Positions 38,225-49,269 of a DNA stretch of 64,000 nt are shown here, piece by piece; within the stretch, counting starts at the first letter, position 1; every line of letters starts with the position of its first letter. Under the pieces are notes generated by a model, which saw only the letters and a list, made by a program, of their open reading frames with translations, ran no database searches and was not told the origin of the DNA. Source of the stretch: Prorocentrum cordatum (taxonomy: Eukaryota); assembly GCA_963575745.1 (NCBI GenBank), contig CAUYUJ010000002.1:1-64000 (forward strand), given 5' to 3'. Position numbers and translations under genes: made by a program.

Positions 38225-39000
38225 AAATCGGTGTATGCATGTATACGTATGTATACGTGCATGTATGTAGGTATGTGCATGACATGTATGATGTATGTAT
38301 GTGCGTACGTACGTATGTACTATGTATATACGTACGTACGTATGTATGGATGTCTGTATGCATGCATGTTTGTACATACGTATATGTGTATGTGTATGTG
38401 ACTGTATGCATGTGTGTACTTATGCATGTAAGTCTGCATGCATGTATGTACGTATGTATGGCTGTATAGATGTATGTAAGTGTGCGTAGTGATGCCGTTA
38501 CGTGTGCATGCATGCGTGTGTGCTTGTATGTGTGCATAGATGGACAAGTGCATGCATGCGCGCATGTATGCTTATGTGTACAACTGTATGTAGTTGTGCA
38601 TGTGTGCATGTCTGTATGTATGTGTGCATGCATGTGTATGTATGTATGCATGCATGCATGCATGTATGTATGTATGTATGCATGTATGTATGGATGTATG
38701 TATGCATGTATGGATGTATGGATGTATGTATGTATGTACGTACGCATTTGTGCATTTATATACGTATGCATGTGTGGATGTATGTTCGTATGTGTATATA
38801 CGTGTATGTGTGCATTTGTGTATGTCTGTGTGTATGTATTTAGGTCGGAACGTAGGTCGGTAGAACGGGTAGGTAGGTAGGTACGCATGTAGGTATGTAC
38901 GCATGCATGTATGTATGGATGCCTGACGTTATGTATGGTTGCATGTATGCATTTCTGTATGTACGCATGTGTATGATTGTGTAAAGTTGTACGCATATAT
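38225..39000. repeat. (TATG/TGCA)n purine-pyrimidine microsatellite
   Basis: Directly visible. Confidence 0.95.
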
Positions 39001-39439
39001 CTCTTTCTGTATTCTACAATCCAGGGGGGTGCGACCCCCAGGGGGTCCTCGTGGGGGCTTCTGGCGCCTCTTTGGGCTGTCCGGGCGTGTCTTAGAGTTC
39101 TTTGGGAGCTCTCTTGGGCCATCTTGGGTTGTCCAGGGGTCTCTTTGGGCGCTCTTGGGAGCCCATTGGGGCCATGCTAAGGCGATCGTGGGAGCTCTCG
39201 GGTTCCTCTGGGGAGCCTGCTGGACCTCGTCTGTGCAATTGGGGAGCCAATCGTGAGCGAGTCCAAGACGATGTTGGTGCGGAGTCCCTTCCGAAGCCAA
39301 TTGTTTCCGGACGTCTCTAGCGACACTGCAACTTTTGAGAAACCCGCCTGCGAGCTTCGGGGTGCAACCGAGACCCCTCAGCTAGGGAAAATTGCTCCTT
39401 CATGTTAGCCAGCGTGGGCCCCGAATAATGACTTATTGC

Positions 39440-39815
39440 GCAGTGGTGTAGTCCATGCGCCGTGAGCCACGTGGTGTAAGCTATGTTGCGTGGCCTATGC
39501 TGTGTAAGATATGTTGTGTGAGCTAGGCTGTGTGAGCCATGTGGCATGAGCAATCTTTTGCGACTTGTACGAAGTAAGCTATGTGGTGTCCGCTGTGTTG
39601 TGCAAGCTGTGCGGTGTGAGCCATACGGTGTGAACCGTGCGGTGCAAGCTACGTGAGGTTAGCCATGCCGTGCAAGTCATGTGGTCTGCGCTGCGTGCGT
39701 GGTCGGAGCCAGGCGGTGCAAGCCATGTGGTGCGTGCAGAGTGGTGCAAACCGGGCGGTGCAGGCTGTGTGCTGTGAGCCATCTGGTGGAAGCTGTGCGG
39801 TGCAAGCTGTGCGGC
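39440..39815. repeat. ~15-bp TGYGGTGCAAGCYA degenerate array
   Basis: The same motif also occurs at about 19930-20000, 20540 and 21590-21725. Confidence 0.7.
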
Positions 39816-40005
39816 ACCCGCGCGGGGGCCGCGAGGCGCCGACGGGCGGGCACCCGCCGGACGCCCGACACGCACCCCAGGCGCGGGGCGCCCACGAGGC
39901 GCCCACGGGCCGGCGCCAGCCGAGCACCCGACGTGCCCCCCAAGGCTCGCGGCGCCCACGGGGCGCCCAGGGAGCGCCCACGGGCGGGCGCCCAGGAAGC
40001 GCCCG

Positions 40006-40046
<41 letters not shown>

Positions 40047-40108
40047 CACACACACGCACACACAACACACACACAACACACACACACAACACACACACAC
40101 TTTTTGAT

Positions 40109-40185
40109 CCGCGGGTCGAGGGCGCGCCTCTTCCGGTCGAAGCTAAGCGGGCCGCGCGGAGCCTGAATTAGGCGGAGGGAGGGAA
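40109..40185 (+). pseudogene. Possible degenerate 5S rRNA-derived fragment
   Basis: CTCTTCCGG..CGAAGCTAAGCGG...GCCTGAATTAG..GGAGGGAGGGA resembles the 5S box A/IE/box C region, judged from memory only. It is embedded in (CA)n. Confidence 0.3.
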
Positions 40186-40695
40186 GGATCACACACCCAC
40201 ACACACACACACACACACACACCCTGAGCGCGAGGCGCCCACGAGGTGCCCACGCCTGCCCGCCCACGGGCGGGCACCAGCCGAAGCCTCGACACACTCA
40301 CCCACTGCCGTCAGGGAGCAGAATGAGGACCCCTGCGGCTTCAGGCACTGCTTGGGGATAAAAAGCTGTCTGCACGTCTCGTTCCTCGAGGGCGTTTCCC
40401 GTCATCCGCCACCGTGCTCCCTGGCACGTTGAGGCGTGCTAGAATGCCAAGTGCTGCCTGACAGGGTTTCTGTAATCTTCTATACCCCATCCCTCTACCA
40501 GCGCTTCCCTGCGTGCCCCCCCTGGAGGCCATCTAGGCTGCCAGACGCATCCCTGGCACTCTCCAAGGCGTCCACTTCAAGACGGCCCAGGCAAGCCGCC
40601 AAGGCCACCGAGATGGCCGACTTCGCCCCAAGGCTGCCTAAGACAATTTCAATACTGCCCAAGAGGCTCTCAAAAACAAGTACGGCATCAGCCTT

Positions 40696-43049
40696 CTAAG
40701 CATGCATCTCCGTCGCCGTGTTACGCTGCAGCGCAACTGCGCAGCTTCCCCATACGTGATGGCGGATGTGCGCGGCAGCGCAGTGGACAATGCGTTCTCC
40801 CAGCTTGCCAAAAGACTCTTCCAGGAGACGCTCCCTGGCTGCTGCCATGTCCTCCCCGTCCCTTGGCAGCACCTGGGGCAGCTGAAAGGCAGCCTTCGCA
40901 GATCCGCCGCCTGCACTCTCCACGACGGAGACAAGCAGCATCCCGTCCTCGCGGTACAAGCGCAGAGCCGCCTTCGTCACGACGCGGTGCACCTTGACTT
41001 TCGTCCCCGTCATCATGAACAAGCTCTGCCCACTGTCCACCTCCCGCGACAATGAGGCCAGCTGCTCGCTCGTGAGCCGGGCCGGCTTCTCGTGGTCCAG
41101 GGCCTTCATGGCCAGGAGCCCGCTGATGACCCTGGCCTCGCGCGGCATCGCGGACAGGACCTCCGCGTGCTCGAAATGCAGATGGAGGTCCGTGGCGTAC
41201 CTGCTGTTGGCCAGGCACGTGCAGAAGCTCTGCGCGTACGCCCACGACATGGGATGGTTCGGACCGCCCCATCGACGGAGGAGCCCCATCAGCTTGACGG
41301 CCAGGACAGTCATCACCTCGCACGACACCGCCGAGTCCAGCTCGGCGAGGCCGACGTGCCGCCACTGGCACCAGAGCGATGCTTCTGCAAGCCACCTCCC
41401 CTCGCCAACTTCCTCCGCCAGCACCTCGTCCTCGCGAGAATCCCCCCAGGAATAGCACAGGCTGCCGCTCTTGATGAAGTGCATGCCGGCGCCCTCGGTG
41501 CCCGCAAGGAACAAGGTGTCGCCCCTGGTGTGCACGTGGGAATCCGTGCAACTCCGGCACATTTCCTCTGTCATCAGGTCGTCCATCTCGAACATGATGC
41601 GGAAATACACGTGAGGCAGCAAGTAGGGGCGGCAGAGCTCCGTCTGCACCGAGCTCCTCAGAGAGAGAGACAGCAGGTCGAGCGCGCTCACGTCCTTCCA
41701 CTTCAGGGGCTTCTTCCATTTCAGCTTCTCGGTCACCTGCCTCTCCACCTGCATGCAAAGTTCAGGACGGATCTTCTGCGTCTTAAGGAACTGGCGCAGT
41801 GTGACCAGTTGGCTGTTGTTGTGATGCATGTGCATCTTGAACTGCGACACGGTGGAAGAAATCGAAGAGATGAGCGTGGAAAACACCAACATCCCGAATA
41901 TCAATGCAGAGCAATTGTAGATGCGCTCCGAACTGTTCACCGGGAAAACCTGCATCGAACCTGGAGTCATCTGCGTCATCGCCCAATGTAGGCTAGTGGT
42001 GTAGAGGTAGGAGTTGTCAGAGTCACCATACATTTCTCCTTGGTGCCCTCCTGTGGGCTCGTCGAGCCACGTCCTGCCAGTGTCGCTACTATCTCTCATC
42101 ATTCCAATACTGTACCAGCCACAAGCTATCGCGTGGTTAAGCCACAATATTACCACGGCAAACTTCAGGGTGTCCATCAAAACCACCGACGCGGCGTGCA
42201 ATAAGCTCCTTCCCATGGTCAACCGCTCCATGATGCCCGGGATGCTCTTCACCCGTACAACGTTCATACACCTGACAAGCCTGGACAGCTTGACGATGCG
42301 ACCCAATCTGAATGCGTCGGGCTTTGCGCTCGTCGACGTCTGCCAGTGGTAGAAGCCCAAGGAAACGATGTCCATTTTAACGATCAGCAGGTCAAGGAAG
42401 AAGTACCCGAAGAAATAATGTCGGGCGATCTTAACGGGATCCATGAGCAAGGTGCCGTCCTTGTACACTCCGGTGCGGAATGTGAACCCCATGTCGGCGA
42501 TCCAGAAAAGAAGGCTGGCATATGTGAGGTATAGGACCGCCCCTTCCTGCGGCACGTCGAACGCAAGGAGGTACGGCAGCGAGAAGAGGTCGTAGCTGAG
42601 CGCCACCAGGCTGGCCAGGTCGATCGCCAAGCGCAGTGGTGAGATCGGGGCTATCATGCAGCTGCAGCAGCAGGGGGCGTAGAGCATGCTGGCTCTCCGT
42701 ATGCTTGGCAGGTCGAGGCTCATGGCCTCCTCGGCCGACAGGACCCCGCTCCTCTGCGGCACGTCGGCCGCCAGGGCGTCGCACGCCTCCGCCAGCTGCT
42801 CCTGGCTGCTCGCCAGCTCCTCCCGAGGCGTGCACACGCCGAAGTTGAGCATCGAGACCGACCTCGAGGAGATCGCAGCGTTGACGTCGGTGTTGCCGTC
42901 GGGGGTGAACAGGGGCTGCGGGCGGCCCGCGCTCGCCACGCGCGGTGGGCTCGTGGAGGACGTGGGCTCGCTCTTGACGCGCCTGCTGGCGGACCGCCCC
43001 CAGCGCGGAGGCTGCTGCGCCTCGGCGGCCTCCCCGTCGGGCGGCGTGC
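40696..43049 (-). CDS. Cyclic nucleotide-gated / HCN-EAG-like cation channel, exon 2
   Basis: Ion-transport domain (ISPLRLAIDL, FRTGVY, IARHYFFGYFFLDL, S4 RLGRIVKLSRLVR, NHAIACGWY, pore YTTSLHWAMTQMT), C-linker and cNMP-binding fold (GDTLF..G..MHFIKSG). The CCCGAG|G acceptor follows a (CTC)n tract. Confidence 0.9.
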
Positions 43050-43221
43050 CTCGGGGGGACAGGAGGAGGAGGAGGAGGAGGAGGAGGAGGAGGAGGAGGA
43101 GGAGGAGGAGGAGGAGGAGGAGTCCTGACCACAATTTAGATGCGAATCCGGCAGCGGCGGCGAGGGCCTCCCGGGCCCAGAGAGAGACGGCAGCGAGGCA
43201 CCCATTTTCCCCCCTCGTCGA

Positions 43222-43473
43222 GCAGGGGATCGACTGCAGGGTTGGTTTGCCCCAAACTTGACCAGCCCCGTCGAATCCGCAAGAAGTGCGCAGAATGCTC
43301 TCTAGCTTTGGCTTCTTGCTCAGACTACCCCGAAGTTCATGTTCTCCCCCGTCGAATCTACGAAGACTACGCGGAGTGTTCCAGAGGCCTACGTAGCACT
43401 CTGAGCATTCCCTGCAGGCTCTACGGAACGAACCAAGCTTGGGCTTCAGTCAAACCTGTCGTCGACCCCCTGC
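43222..43473. mobile_element. MITE with GCAG...CTGC termini and 4-bp TSD TCGA, in the channel intron
   Basis: TCGA|GCAGGGGATCGACTGCAGGGTTG...CAAACCTGTCGTCGACCCCCTGC|TCGA. Confidence 0.75.
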
Positions 43474-43478
43474 TCGAC

Positions 43479-43689
43479 CTCCCGAGTGGCCCGGCCCCCG
43501 CTCGCCCGCCGCGATCTGGCCGAGCAGCTCCAGCACCCGCCGCTGCCCCGCCATCAGCTCCCGCACGCCGCCGAGCAGCTCCTCCTCGGCCGCCCCGCCG
43601 CCGTCGTGGCCTGGCGCCGCCCCCGCGCCGAGGACGGCCGAGCGGAGCGAGCCGGCGCCGGATGCGGCCTCGCGGCCTGCGCCCGACAT
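43479..43689 (-). CDS. Channel gene, predicted exon 1
   Basis: MSGAG...EELLGGVRELMAGQRRVLELL. The AG|GT donor at 43478 is phase 1, matching the phase-1 acceptor at 43050. Confidence 0.6.
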
Positions 43690-44757
43690 CGACGGCCCGC
43701 CCGGCGTGGGGCCAGCGACCCGTGCGCCGACTCTCCTGTGGGCGGCGCCCAGGCGCCGACTCTCCTCAGGGCGCCGACTCTCCTCAGGGCGCCGACTCTC
43801 CTCAGGGGTGGAGAAACGTGCAGCTGCCGTGCCCCTTTTGGGCCCCTTCTGGGCCCCTATAGGGCCCCTTTGGGGAACGTGTCGCCCTTTCGCCCCTGAG
43901 TTCGGAAGGGCACCTTCCGAACTTATCGCCCCTCCGTTACGCAACGCGCGACCTCAGGGCGGCGCCAGCTCTTTCATCCCAGACATGCTCGCGCCGTAGA
44001 ACAAAAGTCGCGACGGGAGGGCGTTTGGCCGCTGCTGGCCCCCAGGGCCCCGGGCCCTCGCTGGGCCCCAGGGGGACGGCACGAGAAGCCGGTCCTGGCG
44101 AAGGAGTCGGGACTTCCAAGGGCACCGCATTGAAAAAAACAAGGCGCCGCGTGTCTGGGATCGGCACCGGCTCTGGCCGGGCCAGCCCCGGACCCAGGGC
44201 GGCATATATTAGGGGGCAAACAAACCTACCTCGCCTTTGACCACCCTCGCTTCCAAGAGATACCAAGCGATGCCAAACTGCGGCCTGTACTGGTCAGGCC
44301 GCTTGACGAGGAGGCGCGTGGTATGAATTGGTTTTGCCTGGAAGCGAAAGCGGGGTAGGTAATTCACGCTCTGATATATGCACCGACCCAGGGCCCAGGA
44401 CGGGCCTGGCCGGGACGGTTGCCGGTGCATGTAGTTGTCTTCGCCCGGCTCCTGGCCAGCAGGGGGAGGACCGCGGCAGCTCGAGCCAGGAGCCGTTCGC
44501 CGGTGGCCGCAAGCGTGCGTTTCCTTCTAGCTCCTCGGTGCCGCTCCCGCTGCTGCCAGTCCACTGCATGGCCCATCCTCCTCGCCCTGCTCCCTCCCGC
44601 TCCCGTTGGTGCCTGTGCTCGTGCTGGTGAGGGTGGTGGTGGTGCTGCTGCTGCTGCTGTTCCGGCAGCTCCTCCTCCTCCTCCTCCTCCTCCTCCTCCT
44701 CCTCCTCCTCCTCCTTCTCTCCTCCTCCTTCTCTTCTCCTCCTGCTCCGCCTCCGTA

Positions 44758-44803
44758 TTATCATCATCATCACCATCACCATCAGCATCAGCATCAGCAT
44801 CAG

Positions 44804-44858
<55 letters not shown>

Positions 44859-45299
44859 GTCATCACCATCATTAACAATACCCTCCTCATCGTTATCGCC
44901 ATCACCATCATCATCATCACCACCATCATCGTCATCATCATCATCATCAGCATCAACACCATCGCCATCGCCATCATCAACGTCATCAGCATCAGCATCA
45001 TCACCACTGCCACCATCACCACCACCATCATCATCATCAGCATCAGCATCAGCATCAGCATCATCATCAGCACCATCATAATCATCATCAGCATCACCAT
45101 CATCATCGTCATCATCACCATCAGCATCATCACCCTCACCACCACCCTCACCCCCATGATGGTTTTCCATCATCACCACCATGATCCACCCCTTTATCAT
45201 CACCATCGTTATCATCACCACCAGCATCATCACCAGCAGCATGATCACCATCATCATCGGCAACGTCACCATCATCAGCATCGTCATCATGATCACCAC

Positions 45300-45352
<53 letters not shown>

Positions 45353-45500
45353 GCACCACCAGCAGCATCAGCATCGTCGTCGTCAGTTTTATCATTATCA
45401 CCATCGCCATCCCCATCACCATCATCACCATCACAATCATCATCATCACAATCATCATCATCATCATCACCATCACGATCGTAGTCGTAACCATCATCAT

Positions 45501-45566
<66 letters not shown>

Positions 45567-45590
45567 AATCATAATCATCATCATCATCGT
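44758..45590. repeat. (CAT)n microsatellite
   Basis: Directly visible. Confidence 0.97.
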
Positions 45591-46360
45591 CCTACGCTCC
45601 ACCCAAGCCAGAGAACGACTTTGTGCTCGCAGGCCAAGCAACAGTACCAACGATGGACCGGCTCGTGCCCAGGAGACGCCGGCAGCGGAGGAGGAAAGGG
45701 ACCAGGCAGGAGGACACCACCACCGGCCAGGAGCGGAGGGAAGGAAGAAAAGGGAAGAGAGGGAGGGCGAGAGAAAAGGCTTCGGAGCAGATACATGCAG
45801 ATTGCCAACTGTTGTAGGACACGACACTGGGAATCAAGCGAACGCATCTGGCGGCTCTCATTCTGCTTCAGGATTAGAGTTCGGAGAACGACCATCCTAC
45901 GCTCCACCCAAGCCAGAGAACGATTTTGTGTTCGCAGGCCAGGCAACTGTACCAACGATGGACCGGCTCGTGCCCAGGAGACGCCGGCAGCGGAGGAGGA
46001 AAGGGACCAGGCAGGAGGACACCACCACCGACCAGGAGCGGAGGGAAGGAAGAAAAGGGAAGAGAGGGAGGGCGAGAGAAAAGGCTTCGGAGCAGATACA
46101 TGCAGATTGCCAACTGTTGTAGGACACGACACTGGGAATCATGCGAACGCATCTGGCGGCTCTCATTCTGCTTCAGGATTAGAGTTCGGAGAACGACCAT
46201 CCTACGCTCCACCCAAGCCAGAGAACGATTTTGTGTTCGCAGGCCAGGCAACTGTACCAACGATGGACCGGCTCGTGCCCAGGAGACGCCGGCAGCGGAG
46301 GAGGAAAGGGACCAGGCAGGAGGACACCACCACCGACCAGGATCGGAGGGAAGGAAGGGA
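45590..46360. repeat. 305-bp tandem repeat, ~2.5 near-identical copies
   Basis: TCCTACGCTCCACCCAAGCCAGAGAACGA occurs at about 45590, 45895 and 46200. Confidence 0.95.
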
Positions 46361-46479
46361 CCCAAGTCCCAGGATGGCTTCTGGCCAAAATGGCCGACAC
46401 GCTTGTTCCCCAAACAGCTTGCTGAACGGGGTGCTGTTGTGATAGAAACTAACTCCGGCCGAGGGAAGTCGGAGCAGAG

Positions 46480-49075
46480 ACATCCTCACAAAAATTTGAT
46501 GGTCCAGGCCGTTTCGCTTGAGACATCCTCACAACTCTCGTTTCTGAGTTGGCCGGGATTGGCCGTTTCGCCTGAGACATCCTCGAAAAGTTGCGCTCCG
46601 GGACGCCGCGCGAGAGGTGGTCCGGGCCGTTTCGCTTGAGACATCCTCTGAGCCCCGAGGTGCCGTGCGAGAGGTGGTCTGGGCCGTTTCGCCTGAGACA
46701 TCCTCGAAACTCTGAGCTCTGAGATGCCTTGCGCGAGGTGGTCCGGCCCGTTTCGCCTGAGACATCCTCGAAACTCTAACCTCGGAGATGCCGCGCGAGA
46801 GGTGGTCTGGCCCGTTTCGCCTGAGACATCCGCAAACTTCTGAGCTCTGAGATGCCTTGCGCGAGGTGGTCCGGCCCGTCTCGCCTGAGACATCCTCGCA
46901 ACTCTGAGCTCTGAGATGCCGTGCGCAAGGTGGTCCGGCCTGTGTCGCACAAGACATTCTCGCAACTCTCAGCTCCCAGATGCCGCGCAAGAGGTGGTCC
47001 AGCCTGGGGGCCCAGAAGACCACATGTTACATATCCTCCTTGGGACCCTGGGAGCCCCAGGAGGCCCCAGAGAGCTCCAGGAGGCCGCAGGACGCCCAGG
47101 ACAGGCCCCAGGGGTCTGCAGGAGATTCCCAGGAGGCTCCCAGGAGGCCCCCTATCAGAACGTGTCAAGTTAATCCACATCCGGTGTCGATTCGTTGATT
47201 TTTCCTGCTCTTGTGGCCCCCCCCTTTAATTTGAGGGGCCCAAGCGGCCACAGGTTAGATATCCCCCCTTGGAGACCCAAGAGGCTTCAGGAAGCCCCAG
47301 GTGGGGTCCAGGAGGCCACAGGAGGCCCAGGAGGAAGCCCCAGGAGGTCACCAGGAGGTCCCAGGAGGCACCAGGAGGCCCCCGCAACTCGGAGCTCTGA
47401 GACGCCGCGCTCGAGGTGGTCCGGCCCGTTTCGCCTGAGACTTCCTCGCAGCACGTTTCGCCCAAGACACCGGCCCGTCTCGCCTGAGACATCCTTGCAA
47501 CTCTGAGATGCCCTGCGCGAGGTGGTCCGGCCCGTTTCGCACAAGACATTCTCGCAAATCTGAGCTCCCAGATGCCGCGCAAGAGGTGGTCCAGCCTGGG
47601 GGGCCAGAAGACTACATGTTACACATCCCCCCTGGGACCCTGGGAGCCCCAGGAGGCCCCAGAGAGCTTCAGGAAGCCGCATGACGCCCAGGACAGGCCC
47701 CAGGGGTCCGCAGGAGATTCCCAGGAGGCTCCCAGGAGGCCCCAGGAGGCCCCCTATCAGAAAGTGTCAAGTTAATACAAATCCGGTGTCGATTCGTTGA
47801 TTTTTCCTGCTCTTGTGGCCCTCCCCATTTGGGGGGGCGACGGCCACATGTTAGATATCCCCCTGGGAGCCCCAAGAGGCTTCAGGAAGCCCCAGGTGGG
47901 GTCCAGGAGGCCACAGGGGGCCCAGGAGGAAGCCCCAGGAGGTCACCAGGAGGCCCCAGGAGGCCCCAGGAGGCCCCCGCAACTCGGAGCTCTGAGACGC
48001 CGCGCTCGAGATGGTCCGGCCCGTTTCGCCTGAGACTTCCTCGCAGCACGTTTCGCCCGAGACATCGTCGCAACTCTGGGGTCCGAGATGCCGCGCGCGA
48101 GGTGGTCCAGCCCGTTACGCTGGAGACATCCTCGCAACTCTGGGCTCCGAGATGCCCTGCGCGAGGTGGTCCGGCCCATCTCGCCTGAGACATCCTCGCA
48201 ATTCTGAGCTCTGAGATGCCTTGCGCGAGGTGGTCCGGCCCGTTTCGCCGGAGACTTCCTCGCAGCACATTTCGCCCAACACATCGTCGCAACTCTGGGG
48301 TCCGAGATGCCGCGCGCGAGGTGGTCCAGCCCGTTACGCTGGAGACATCCTCGCAACTCTGGGCTCCGAGATGCCCTGCGCGAGGTGGTCCGGCCCATCT
48401 CGCCTGAGACATCCTCGCAACTCTGAGCTTTGAGATGATGTGCGCAAGGTGGTCCGGCCCGTTTCGCACAAGACATTCTCGCAACTCTGAGCTCTCAGAT
48501 GCTGCGCAAGAGGTGGTCCAGCCTGGAGCCCAGAAGACCACCATGTTACATATCCCCCCTGGGACCCTGGGAGCCCCAGAGAGCTCCAGGAGGCCACAGG
48601 ACGCCCAGGACAGGCCCCAGGGGTCCGCAGGAGATTCCCAGGAGGCCCCAGGAGGCCCCAGGAGGCCCTATCAGAACGTGTCAAGTTAATACAAATCCAG
48701 TGTCGATTCGTTGATTTTTCCTGCTCTTGTGGCCCCCCCATTTGGGGGGGCCCCGACGGCCACATGTTAGATATCCCCCTGGGAGCCCCAAGAGGCTTCA
48801 GGAAGCCCCAGGTGGGGTCCAGGAGGCCACAGGAGGCCCAGGAGGAAGCCCCAGGAGGTCACCAGGAGGTCCCAGGAGGCAGGAGGCCCCCGCAACTCGG
48901 AGCTCTGAGACGCCGCGCTCGAGGTGGTCCGGCCCGTTTCGCCTGAGACTTCCTCGCAGCACGTTTCGCCCGACACATCGTCGCAACTCTGGGGTCCGAA
49001 ATGCCGCGCGCGAGGTGGTCCAGCCCGTTACGCTGGAGACATCCTCGCAACTCTGGGCTCCGAGATGCCGTACGG
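46480..49075. repeat. Composite higher-order satellite
   Basis: ~62-bp GAGGTGGTCCGGCCCGTTTCGCCTGAGACATCCTCGCAACTCTG units alternate with CCAGGAGGCC-rich blocks, each carrying GTGTCAAGTTAAT..TCGATTCGTTGATTTTTCCTGCTCTTGTGGCC (about 47162, 47764, 48678). Confidence 0.95.
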
Positions 49076-49269
49076 GATGAAGAGGAAGTGGAGGAGGAGG
49101 AGGAGGAGGAGGAGGAGACATGTTTTAACATGCCATGCCAGCCCGCACTGGACGGGCACACGATCGACCTTGGAAACCGCAGTGGGTCTAAAAACCCTGT
49201 TTGGGGATACTGCACTGCGGCTATAATTACCTATATAAGCTGCTGAAGGCGGGCCATGTGGAGGCCTTG

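Noticed and set aside
44294..46122. Long poly-Met/His/Ile/Asp ORFs
   Set aside because: These are translations of a (CAT)n microsatellite. The same applies to poly-Glu/Arg/Pro/Leu ORFs over (GAG)n tracts.
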